Below, piece by piece: positions 9,618-18,205 of a stretch of DNA of 64,000 nt. The stretch's first letter is position 1. The number at the start of each line of letters is the position of its first letter. A program made the translations under genes and the position numbers. The stretch comes from a virus: the IMG/VR virus record IMGVR_UViG_3300030329_001736, positions 36,093 through 100,092 of that record; one strand, written 5' to 3'. The notes beneath the pieces were generated by a model. That model did no database searches and was not told the origin of the DNA. It saw nothing but the letters and a program-made list of their open reading frames with translations.

Positions 9618-10453
9618 GAGTATTAGTACCGTATAGTGGTCTAGGAACCAATAGTACTTATGGACTGTATCGCTGGTTAACAGAAACAGACTATGAAGTA
9701 GTAGCTATGTTTTTAGATATATATTATTCTTCAGATGAATATACTGCTTTTGAAAGAGAACATTTTCACAGAGGAGTTAAATGGTTTAAAGATAATATAA
9801 GAGATTTTGAAACTATAGAAAGAAAATGTGAACAAGTATATTCTGATACTTATGAGCCAGTCAGAGAAAATTTTACTTTGAATGTGAAAACCGGTTCTTA
9901 TAAAAATATGAGAAAGGTTTATATAGATACTGCTAAAGAATATAAAGTTGATTTTTTAAGTAGTGGTAAGTCAGGAGAAGACACAAATGTTTCTTTGAAC
10001 AAATCTGTTAGTATTTCAAAAGGATCAGATTATGATTATATTCATCCTTCTTGGTCTTTAACAGAACCAGTTACTTTAGAGAATAGAGATCAAGCAATAA
10101 AAGAAATGTCTGCTAAATGGAGTCAACGAGAAAAGTTACCACAAGAACTAAGAAATATTATTACTGATTGCACTTGTAAAGGTGATGGAGGAATATGTTA
10201 TTTTTGCACAGACTTACTTTTAAATGAAGTTCGTCCAGAAACAGGACAAGAGCTTGATGATGTTATACTAGAAAAATTATGTGCAGGAAAATTTAGACAC
10301 TTAGCTGATCCAAAAACTTTTAGACTAGACCAGCGAACAGTTACATATTTTAAGTTATTAGGTTATAACGAAGAACAATGGCTTGATCCAGTTACAAGAA
10401 AAGAATACAAGGAAAAAGTTAAAGATATGTATGCAAAAGCAGGAAACATATGA
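9614..10453 (+). CDS. QueC-like / PP-loop (adenine nucleotide alpha-hydrolase) family protein, degenerate
   Basis: N-terminal VLVPYSGLGTNSTY (canonical SGGxDS) and a C-terminal CTC...ICYFC cluster. Confidence 0.45.
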   Translation: MRVLVPYSGLGTNSTYGLYRWLTETDYEVVAMFLDIYYSSDEYTAFEREHFHRGVKWFKDNIRDFETIERKCEQVYSDTYEPVRENFTLNVKTGSYKNMRKVYIDTAKEYKVDFLSSGKSGEDTNVSLNKSVSISKGSDYDYIHPSWSLTEPVTLENRDQAIKEMSAKWSQREKLPQELRNIITDCTCKGDGGICYFCTDLLLNEVRPETGQELDDVILEKLCAGKFRHLADPKTFRLDQRTVTYFKLLGYNEEQWLDPVTRKEYKEKVKDMYAKAGNI

Positions 10454-10848
10454 TAAAGAAAATATTATTCTTAGTAACTTTTTTAAGTTCTATTTTATTT
10501 TTTTCTACGAATGTTAATGCTGAAGATAAAAAAGATAAGGAAATATATTGGCAGATTGGAGATGCAGTACTAACCATTATGGTTTGTAGAACTGAGGAAG
10601 ATATTTTAGAAATAGGTTATGCTGATAGTCAATCTGCATTAAAACTAAATCAGTTAATTCAAATTAAAATTATGCAAAATAGTTGTCTAGTCTTTAATCC
10701 TCCTTTACAATTAGAAGTATCTAAGATTGTAGGAGACTACAAAGATTATAACGGAAATAATACAACAATGGTTGGTGTTTCTCCTATACAGGAACCAGAT
10801 AATATCTTAGGTTATTTAATAATATTAGGTAAACCTTTAACAATTTAG
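10450..10848 (+). CDS. Hypothetical exported protein
   Basis: Sec-type signal peptide MIKKILFLVTFLSSILFFSTNVNA. Confidence 0.6.
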   Translation: MIKKILFLVTFLSSILFFSTNVNAEDKKDKEIYWQIGDAVLTIMVCRTEEDILEIGYADSQSALKLNQLIQIKIMQNSCLVFNPPLQLEVSKIVGDYKDYNGNNTTMVGVSPIQEPDNILGYLIILGKPLTI

Positions 10849-10861
10849 TAAGGGATGAAAA

Positions 10862-11788
10862 ATGGCGAGTACTTATACTTCTAGAATTAGATTAGAAAAG
10901 CAGGGAGATGGAGAGAATCCTAATACTTGGGGTTTACGTCTTAATCAGAATGTTATTGATTTGCTTGATGAAGCTGTAGCTGCATACGTTACTGTTTCTG
11001 TATCTAATGCTAATGTAACTCTATCTGCTAATAATGGAACTACTGATCAGTCTAGGTCACCTTTTATTGAACTACAAGGAGAGGTAACTTCTAATCTTAA
11101 TGTTATTGTTCCTAGTGTAGATAAGGGTTATACAATTAATGATAAAACAACTAGAAATCCAGCAGGAAGCACAGTTACACTAAAGACTGCTACAGGAACA
11201 GGAACTGAAGTTAAGGTAGGAAGAATTGCTCAGTTTGTATGTGATAGTGTTTCTGTTCATCCAGTAGAAGGATACACAAGTGTAAGTGATGTATATGCAG
11301 GAACTAATAATACCTTTACTGGTACAAATACTTTTAGTGGTTTAGCTAGTTTTACTAGTGCTACATCGTTTAACACTAGTGTTTCAGTAAAAGATTTAAG
11401 AATTACTGAAGGGCGCATAGAAGATGTTAGTGTTTCTGTTGCTTCTATAGTACACGCAAGTGTTACCAGAGGTATTATGCCTTTTACTTCTCTTACTGAT
11501 GGTGCAACTATTACAATAGACTTTAATACAGGAAATAACTTTTGTGTGACATTAGGAGGTAACAGAACTTTAGCTAACCAAACTAATGGTACAGTAGGAC
11601 AAACAGGGTATATTTACGTTAAACAAGATGGAACAGGAGGTAGAACTTTAACCTTTGGTAACTGGTGGAAATTTAGCGGAGGAGAGACGCCTGAACTAAC
11701 AAGTGTTGCAAATTCTGTTGATATGCTTGTTTATAATATACGAGAGACAGAAAAAGTAGATACTGTTTTTATAGCTGATTTTAAATAG
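10862..11788 (+). CDS. Short tail fibre / tail appendage protein
   Basis: N-terminus MASTYTSRIRLEKQGDGENPNTWG; C-terminal QDGTGGRTL domain homologous to the end of the 1963-6090 fibre. Confidence 0.7.
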   Translation: MASTYTSRIRLEKQGDGENPNTWGLRLNQNVIDLLDEAVAAYVTVSVSNANVTLSANNGTTDQSRSPFIELQGEVTSNLNVIVPSVDKGYTINDKTTRNPAGSTVTLKTATGTGTEVKVGRIAQFVCDSVSVHPVEGYTSVSDVYAGTNNTFTGTNTFSGLASFTSATSFNTSVSVKDLRITEGRIEDVSVSVASIVHASVTRGIMPFTSLTDGATITIDFNTGNNFCVTLGGNRTLANQTNGTVGQTGYIYVKQDGTGGRTLTFGNWWKFSGGETPELTSVANSVDMLVYNIRETEKVDTVFIADFK

Positions 11789-11809
11789 GAATACTAGTAA
11801 GGATAACAC

Positions 11810-13693
11810 ATGTCTTCTACTACTTCCAGATTATCTAAGTTAAATCTTAAACCGGGATTTCACAGAGAATCAACTCAATACTCTGAAGAGGGGCGTTGGT
11901 TTGATGGAGATCGTGTGCGTTTCAGAGAAGGAAAGCCAGAAAATTTAAGAGGCTATAATAAATTTACATTAGATGATAACAGAACACTTGAAGGTATTGG
12001 CAGAGATTTAATAACTTGGTCACGAAATAATTCACAAAAACTTCTTTCTGTAGGAACAGAGAAGAAACTTTATATTGTAGATGGTTCTTTCCCTTATGAT
12101 GTAACACCTATTGTTACTGTAGTTTCTATAGGTAATAGTGGAACACAAGGTAATCTTAGTACTGTATCTGGTCAAAATAGAATTTATGTAAGTATTACAA
12201 ATAATAATGTAAGTGTAGGAGATTTTGTAGAATTTACTTCTGCTTCTACTAATGGATTTAGCCAAGGAACAGACTTTGCTGTTACTGCGTTTGGTGGTCC
12301 TGTTTATGAAGTTGTTAATGTTTCAGGTGTAAATAATTTTAGTGTATCTGTTAACTATTCTTCTAATGCAACACAGACAGGACCGGGACAAGCTACTGCA
12401 CATTTTCTTTTACCTACTGGATCAAATGATAGTATCCAAGGAACTGGATATGGTGCAGGAAACTATCTTGCAGGAACAAATGATCCTTCTGCAAGAGCAT
12501 GGAATGAACCTGCAGCTACGTCTAATATTGTTTTTGCTGCTTCTCAGTGGTCACTAGATACATTTGGTGAAGATTTGTTAGGTGTTAGAAGAGGAAATAA
12601 ATTATGTCATTGGGATGCAGATGCCAGTGTAACGCCAGTAAGAGCTAATATTATTTCTGGAAGTCCTGATCAAATAAATAGTATTGTTGTATCTCCTAAT
12701 GATAGGCATGTTATTGCATTAGGTGCAAATGAATTTGCTACTGGTACTTTTAATCCTATGCTTATTAGATGGGCAGATCAATTAAATTTTAATAACTGGA
12801 CTCCTGCTATTACTAATACAGCAGGAGAACTGGTTGTAGTAGACGGTACAGAAATCATTGCTGGTATTAGAACCAGAAGCTCTATTCTTATTTGGACAGA
12901 TAATGCTTTGTATGGTTTACAATTTGTTGGTCCTCCGTTTACATTTAGTATTCAACAGTTAGGGTCTAATTGTGGACTTATAGGACAACATGGAGCAATA
13001 GCTGTAGACTCTGCCTCTTTCTGGATGAGCAACGATAACTTCTATGTTTTTGATGGAACTGTAAGAAAATTAGATTGTACTGTTAGAAGACATCTATATG
13101 ATAATTTTAATATGACGCAGAAAGATAAAGTTTTTTGTGCTACTAATTCAGAGTTCCACGAAATTATTTGGTTGTATCCTTCAGAAAGTTCTTCTGAACC
13201 TGACTCATATATTATCTATAACTATGAGGAAAATACTTGGGTATATGGGTCTAGTTTCTATACTACTTTTTCTGATGATCATGTATTTGATAATACCATT
13301 ACAACAGGAAGAGTTAGTGCTTCTGATGATACTCGTATATGGAACAATGAACCTGAGAATATTTTTACTGGAGATGGTAAAGCACTAACTTCTTTCTTAG
13401 AATCTGCTGATTTTGATTTGCAAGATGGTGCAGATATAATGTTTGTTAATAGAGTTATCCCTGATCTTACTTTTGGATCAGGTACTAATTTAACTTTTAC
13501 TATTAATTTAAAAGATTATCCTGCTGATTCAACTACGCAAAAAGGACCGTATACTTTAAATTCAGGAATAAAAAAAGTAGATTTAAGAGCTAGAGGAAGA
13601 CAAGCTAATGTTCGTGTCTCTACTTCTGATTTAGGTGCAGAGTGGAGATGGGGTAATGTTAGGGTAGCCTTACAGCCAGATGGTAAACGATAA
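11810..13693 (+). CDS. Tail nozzle / DNA stabilisation protein (P22 gp10- or T7 gp12-like)
   Basis: 627 aa, beta-rich; motifs WFDGDRVRF, IRWADQ, LIWTDNALY, FWMS; upstream of internal virion genes. Confidence 0.7.
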   Translation: MSSTTSRLSKLNLKPGFHRESTQYSEEGRWFDGDRVRFREGKPENLRGYNKFTLDDNRTLEGIGRDLITWSRNNSQKLLSVGTEKKLYIVDGSFPYDVTPIVTVVSIGNSGTQGNLSTVSGQNRIYVSITNNNVSVGDFVEFTSASTNGFSQGTDFAVTAFGGPVYEVVNVSGVNNFSVSVNYSSNATQTGPGQATAHFLLPTGSNDSIQGTGYGAGNYLAGTNDPSARAWNEPAATSNIVFAASQWSLDTFGEDLLGVRRGNKLCHWDADASVTPVRANIISGSPDQINSIVVSPNDRHVIALGANEFATGTFNPMLIRWADQLNFNNWTPAITNTAGELVVVDGTEIIAGIRTRSSILIWTDNALYGLQFVGPPFTFSIQQLGSNCGLIGQHGAIAVDSASFWMSNDNFYVFDGTVRKLDCTVRRHLYDNFNMTQKDKVFCATNSEFHEIIWLYPSESSSEPDSYIIYNYEENTWVYGSSFYTTFSDDHVFDNTITTGRVSASDDTRIWNNEPENIFTGDGKALTSFLESADFDLQDGADIMFVNRVIPDLTFGSGTNLTFTINLKDYPADSTTQKGPYTLNSGIKKVDLRARGRQANVRVSTSDLGAEWRWGNVRVALQPDGKR

Positions 13694-13965
13694 TGATTTA
13701 TCCTGAACTACCTACATATGGACGAAAAATAGAAGATGAAGAATTAAAGAAAATGTACAGGGATATTACTTCTTGGGCTTCTCAATTAAAAAATCTATTA
13801 GAGATCAGAGATATTCAAGTTGATAGTACTCCTTCTACTACAATTTTTTCTGTAGTTACTGTAACATCTATAGGTAGACCTGCAAGTGGAGATGTAGCTT
13901 TCTCTATAGGCGAAGGAAAATTTAAAGGATATGTTAGCGGAACAGGATGGGTAGACTTTAACTGA
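13693..13965 (+). CDS. Small virion/tail protein
   Basis: TAATG coupling to the nozzle gene; ends FKGYVSGTGWVDF. Confidence 0.55.
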   Translation: MIYPELPTYGRKIEDEELKKMYRDITSWASQLKNLLEIRDIQVDSTPSTTIFSVVTVTSIGRPASGDVAFSIGEGKFKGYVSGTGWVDFN

Positions 13966-14174
13966 TGGCAATGACACAAAGACAAAAGATTTTGGATATA
14001 TTATACAACAGTACTTATATCCAGAATATGAATAAAGGTTATATAGAAAGCACAGAGGATAAGGGTATGGCGTATCCTAACAATTCGGTGTATAATAACC
14101 CCAACACTTTACATGCAGATATGACTAAATCTCAGTCTAACTATATGAATCCCAAACAAGCAAAGGTAATTTAG
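13965..14174 (+). CDS. Hypothetical protein
   Basis: TGATG coupling; fills the gap between flanking genes. Confidence 0.4.
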   Translation: MAMTQRQKILDILYNSTYIQNMNKGYIESTEDKGMAYPNNSVYNNPNTLHADMTKSQSNYMNPKQAKVI

Positions 14175-14176
14175 TA

Positions 14177-17100
14177 ATGGCGTATATGGTAAACAGGGAC
14201 GCTCCTTATAGTGGTTTAGCTACTCTTATGAACATGAGAGATAATAATCCAAATACTCAGTTGGCTTATGTACCTACTCGCGATGTAGAGATGCGCTATG
14301 ACACTATCTATAACCCGTCTACTGGTATACCTCAAGCAGTAGGTGTTTCTTCCTTCAATGAAGGAGGTGCTATTGGTTTTGCTCCTCCAGTACCAGAAGC
14401 AGAATATATGGATAAGTTAGGAGAACTACAAAAAGAGTTGTTATCTACTTTACCTCGTCCTGCTAGACCTAATTTTAATGCGCCTTCACCACTAGCAAGG
14501 ACTCCTATGCCTATGTTTGATAGCTCTTATACACCTCCTCAAGGAGGTCGTGGAGCAGGTAAAGGAACTTCTATGCCTCCTATGCCTCCTATGCCTCCTA
14601 TGCCTCCTCAAGGAGGTCGTGGAGCAGGTAAGGGACCGGCTGGTCAAACAGGTACAGGACCAGTTATAACAGGATTACCTGATGGTTTGGTCGTAGATAG
14701 GTTTCCTCCTAGTATGCCTAATCCTATTCATCCTGATATGGTAACAGCACAGATTGAACCGAAACTACCTACACCTAGTATGCCTACTCCTGCTACACCT
14801 AGTATGCCTACTACACCTAGTATGCCTACTACTCCTTTACCTGATACAGCTCTGACAGAACTAAACGATTTAAAAAATTTAATTGATAGTAGACATCCTG
14901 TTACAACTCAACCGGCTACTCCTACTATGCCTACTCCTAGTATGCCAAGTTATCCTATACCTACTCTCCATACTCCTAGTATGCCAAGTTATCCTATGCC
15001 TACTCTCCCTAATCAACCACAACCGCAACCGAATAAACCTGTATATGATCAGTATGGTTATGTACAGTCAGGTTACGAAGGTGGATACCGTCCACCAACT
15101 AATAATAATAACACTAATAATCTTACTGGTCTTACTGGTATTGGTGGTGGTTTAGCAGGTATCATGGGGCATCGCGCTGCTGGTGGTAGTGTAGCTAGTA
15201 AAGCTGATGAAGTAGCTTCCTATGGTAGATACGGAGATACTACTCTTGTTCATATGACACCAAGAGAAGTAAGTGGTCTAGCTTCTTTAGGTCAACTTAC
15301 TATTAATCCTGATACGGGATTACCTGAAGCTTTTAGTCTAGGCAGTATTATGCCTATTGTAGCAAATGTAGCATTAGGTGTTGCGACGGGAGGAATGTCT
15401 GTTCCTATGCAGATGGCTGTAATGGGCGGTGCTAATCTATTTATGGGTCTGGCTCAAGGACAAGACTTTGGAGATGCTTTACTGGGTGCTGCTCTTAGTG
15501 CGGGTAGTACTGGAATAATGAGAGGTCTTGGTAGTGGTCTGTTTAGTGGTGCTGCAAGTGGTGGTGCAGATGCTGCTGCTGCTGGTTCTTTAGCTGGTGG
15601 TGCAGATGCTGCTTTAGCAAGTAATGCTGTTCCTACATTTGCAGAAGGTGCTTTAGCTCTTCCGACAGCTACTCAGATAGAGGCAGGAATTCTACCACCG
15701 GGATTTGGGGGTGTTACTGCTGATACTTATTTAGCTGATGCTATTAGTACACATGGAGGTGAACTAGGTGGAGTAGGTCAAGCAATGAGTCCTGTTTCTC
15801 CTCCTAAATCTCCCTCTTTTTTGTCTAACGTGACAGATTTTATTAAAGATAATCCTGTTAAAACAGGTCTTTTAGGTTTAGGTTTAGGTTCTGCTTTTCT
15901 TGGAGGAGAACCAGAACAACTAGATAATGAGCCAACTATAGCCCCGCGAAAACCTCTTGAATTTACAGGACATGAAGCTAAAGGTCCATTTACAGAACAA
16001 CAACTGCTAGACTTAGCTCTTAAAGGAGAAACATTTGATGAAGATGGTGAGCGTATTGATTATGATCTCTTTACTCCCGGTAGGGGTGAAGGTGGACAAT
16101 GGTACGTTAGTAAAAATGAAGGTGGTTTAGTTGGAATACCTCAAACTAAACAAAGAAGTAATGTAACTAATTATATGTTTGACAAAAAACAGGGGGCAGT
16201 TTCTCCATTTAATATCTTTGAAGTAGGTAAGGGTTTAGGAAGTATGGGGAAGAAAAATAATTCTACTCTTATGCAACTAGCTACTGGTGGACAACCAAGA
16301 TCAAATGTTGCTGATATGATAAATCCTATGTCAAGACCTGTAGAATTTCCTAGAATGATTTCTCCCTCTGTTTTTAGTTATGATAATTTATTAAAGAGAG
16401 CGGCAGAGAAAGAAGAAGTAGAAGGCTTTGAATCTCCTGATGCTTATCAAAAAAGGCATGAGGAGATACTAGAAAAACTTCTAAAAGATATGAAGAATAT
16501 TTCTACAATACTTCCTGAAGAAAAAGAACCTGTAGTTGCTGCCCCTGAACCTTTGATTGAGGAGCCTGATGATTCTACTTTTGCAGACGGTGATCCTGAT
16601 CAAGGTATGGGTCCACCTTCAGGAGTAGGTGTAGATGCAGCAGCGGCAGCGGCAATGGGTATGGCAGATGATGAAGCAGATGTAGGTGCGGCAGCGGCGG
16701 CGGCAGCGGATGCGGCAGATGCAGCAGCAGCGGAAGCAGACGGGGTAGATGAAGCTTCTAGCGGAGATGAGTGGGCAAAGGGTGGTCTTATTGGTTTAGC
16801 TAAAGGTGGTAAACTAAACTATTATGATGAAGCTTTTGACAGTCTTTATAAGTTAGGTGTTAAATTTCCTGAACTTGAAAGTATGTTAGCAGGAGAAACT
16901 GAATCTTCCCTTCCATTAGAACAAAGATTAAGGAGAGTTAACCCTAAAAGTAAAGCAACAGGTTTATTTCAATTTATACCTAAAACAGCTAAAGACTTAG
17001 GAACAACTACATCTAAAATTAAAAACATGTCAGCAAAAGAACAAGCTGATCTTTATGCTAAATATTTAAAAAAGTATAAATGGAAGCCGGGAATTCCTCT

Positions 17101-17770
17101 TGGTATGATGCAAGCTGCACCAAGTATGGCTAACAAACCAGATGATCATATTGTTTACAAGAAGGGAAGCAAAGCATACAAACAAAATCCTAATTGGGTT
17201 GGACCTGACGGAGAAATCAGGGTAGAAAGCATAAAAAAATACTATGATCCTAACTATAATGTGAAACCTGAAGAAGAATCAGATAGTAGTTCAGGTCTAT
17301 TAGAAATGTTGCAAAACTTATTTACAAGTCAAGACGACAATACTATTACTATTAGTAAAGGAGATACTTTATTTGATATATCAAAAGAGTATGGTATACC
17401 TTTGCCAGAGATACTACAAAAGAACCCTAGTATTACAGACCCTAATCTTATTAGGGAAGGACAGGTTATTAACAAATATCAAGGTGGCTCCGTCAACCCT
17501 TATTTTGAAGGACAAGTTATAGGTAAAGGAGATGGTCAGTCTGATCAAATTCTCTTTGAGGTAGAAGGAAAGAATCCTGATATGGCTTTGCTAAGTAGAG
17601 ATGAGTACGTTCTTCCTGCAGATGCAGTAGCTATGCTAGGTAATGGTTCTTCTAATGCAGGTGCAAAAGAGCTTGATCAGTTCGTAAAAAATTTAAGACA
17701 GCAATCTTTCGGAACACAACAACAGCAGAAAAGATTAAATCCCCAGAAAGGATTGTCAGCATTAGTATAG
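14177..17770 (+). CDS. Multidomain internal virion (ejection) protein: Pro-rich repeats, GDT-type domain, hydrophobic Gly/Ala region, lytic transglycosylase-like domain, LysM, conserved C-terminal domain
   Basis: ETESS...KATGLFQFIPKTA (SLT-like, ~16890-17250); ISKGDTLFDISKEYGIPLPEILQKNPSITDPNLIREGQ (LysM, ~17345-17470); C-terminal GDGQSDQI...LSRDEYVLPADAV. Confidence 0.75.
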   Translation: MAYMVNRDAPYSGLATLMNMRDNNPNTQLAYVPTRDVEMRYDTIYNPSTGIPQAVGVSSFNEGGAIGFAPPVPEAEYMDKLGELQKELLSTLPRPARPNFNAPSPLARTPMPMFDSSYTPPQGGRGAGKGTSMPPMPPMPPMPPQGGRGAGKGPAGQTGTGPVITGLPDGLVVDRFPPSMPNPIHPDMVTAQIEPKLPTPSMPTPATPSMPTTPSMPTTPLPDTALTELNDLKNLIDSRHPVTTQPATPTMPTPSMPSYPIPTLHTPSMPSYPMPTLPNQPQPQPNKPVYDQYGYVQSGYEGGYRPPTNNNNTNNLTGLTGIGGGLAGIMGHRAAGGSVASKADEVASYGRYGDTTLVHMTPREVSGLASLGQLTINPDTGLPEAFSLGSIMPIVANVALGVATGGMSVPMQMAVMGGANLFMGLAQGQDFGDALLGAALSAGSTGIMRGLGSGLFSGAASGGADAAAAGSLAGGADAALASNAVPTFAEGALALPTATQIEAGILPPGFGGVTADTYLADAISTHGGELGGVGQAMSPVSPPKSPSFLSNVTDFIKDNPVKTGLLGLGLGSAFLGGEPEQLDNEPTIAPRKPLEFTGHEAKGPFTEQQLLDLALKGETFDEDGERIDYDLFTPGRGEGGQWYVSKNEGGLVGIPQTKQRSNVTNYMFDKKQGAVSPFNIFEVGKGLGSMGKKNNSTLMQLATGGQPRSNVADMINPMSRPVEFPRMISPSVFSYDNLLKRAAEKEEVEGFESPDAYQKRHEEILEKLLKDMKNISTILPEEKEPVVAAPEPLIEEPDDSTFADGDPDQGMGPPSGVGVDAAAAAAMGMADDEADVGAAAAAAADAADAAAAEADGVDEASSGDEWAKGGLIGLAKGGKLNYYDEAFDSLYKLGVKFPELESMLAGETESSLPLEQRLRRVNPKSKATGLFQFIPKTAKDLGTTTSKIKNMSAKEQADLYAKYLKKYKWKPGIPLGMMQAAPSMANKPDDHIVYKKGSKAYKQNPNWVGPDGEIRVESIKKYYDPNYNVKPEEESDSSSGLLEMLQNLFTSQDDNTITISKGDTLFDISKEYGIPLPEILQKNPSITDPNLIREGQVINKYQGGSVNPYFEGQVIGKGDGQSDQILFEVEGKNPDMALLSRDEYVLPADAVAMLGNGSSNAGAKELDQFVKNLRQQSFGTQQQQKRLNPQKGLSALV
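14534..15010 (+). repeat. Intragenic short tandem and direct repeats encoding Pro/Met/Thr-rich linkers
   Basis: (cctcctatg)n, duplicated cctcctcaaggaggtcgtggagcaggtaa, repeated cctagtatgcct. Confidence 0.85.
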
Positions 17771-17771
17771 T

Positions 17772-18203
17772 ATGAAATTAATTAAGATTGAGCAGAATTG
17801 TACTCAAATTACTTTTCCTTATGTGTCTCATTTATTAGAGAAGGCTATAGAACATAGTGACGGAGAATATTTAATAGGCGATATTTACTCTAGTTTACTG
17901 GATGGTAGATTAAATTTATGGGTAGGTTGTTCAGAAGAAAGAAAGAGAATAGTCTTTGCAGGAGTTACCTCTTTAATTGGCTACCCACAATATAATGCAT
18001 TGTTAATATCACATATAGGATCAGAGACTAATGAATTTATGAGACACATAGAAGATATGTGGAACGAGAACTCTGAATTAATGAAGTACATAAAACTAAA
18101 TAATGTTAAGAAGGTAGAGATTTTAGGAAGAAGTGGTTGGCTTAGAGCTTTGAGTAAAGTTGGTTTTAAAAAGTCATATACAGCATTAACAAAGGATATA
18201 TAA
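17772..18203 (+). CDS. GNAT-fold virion assembly protein (T7 gp13 / P22 gp14-position)
   Basis: VEILGRSGWLRALSKVGF motif; sits between ejection-protein genes. Confidence 0.55.
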   Translation: MKLIKIEQNCTQITFPYVSHLLEKAIEHSDGEYLIGDIYSSLLDGRLNLWVGCSEERKRIVFAGVTSLIGYPQYNALLISHIGSETNEFMRHIEDMWNENSELMKYIKLNNVKKVEILGRSGWLRALSKVGFKKSYTALTKDI

Positions 18204-18205
18204 CT

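Noticed and set aside
9614-10453. 7-deazaguanine DNA modification system
   Set aside because: Only one degenerate QueC-like gene; no folE, queD, queE or dpdA recognised.
14534-15010. Short repeats as a CRISPR-like array
   Set aside because: In-frame coding repeats without unique spacers; the Cas4-like gene is a replication-module exonuclease.
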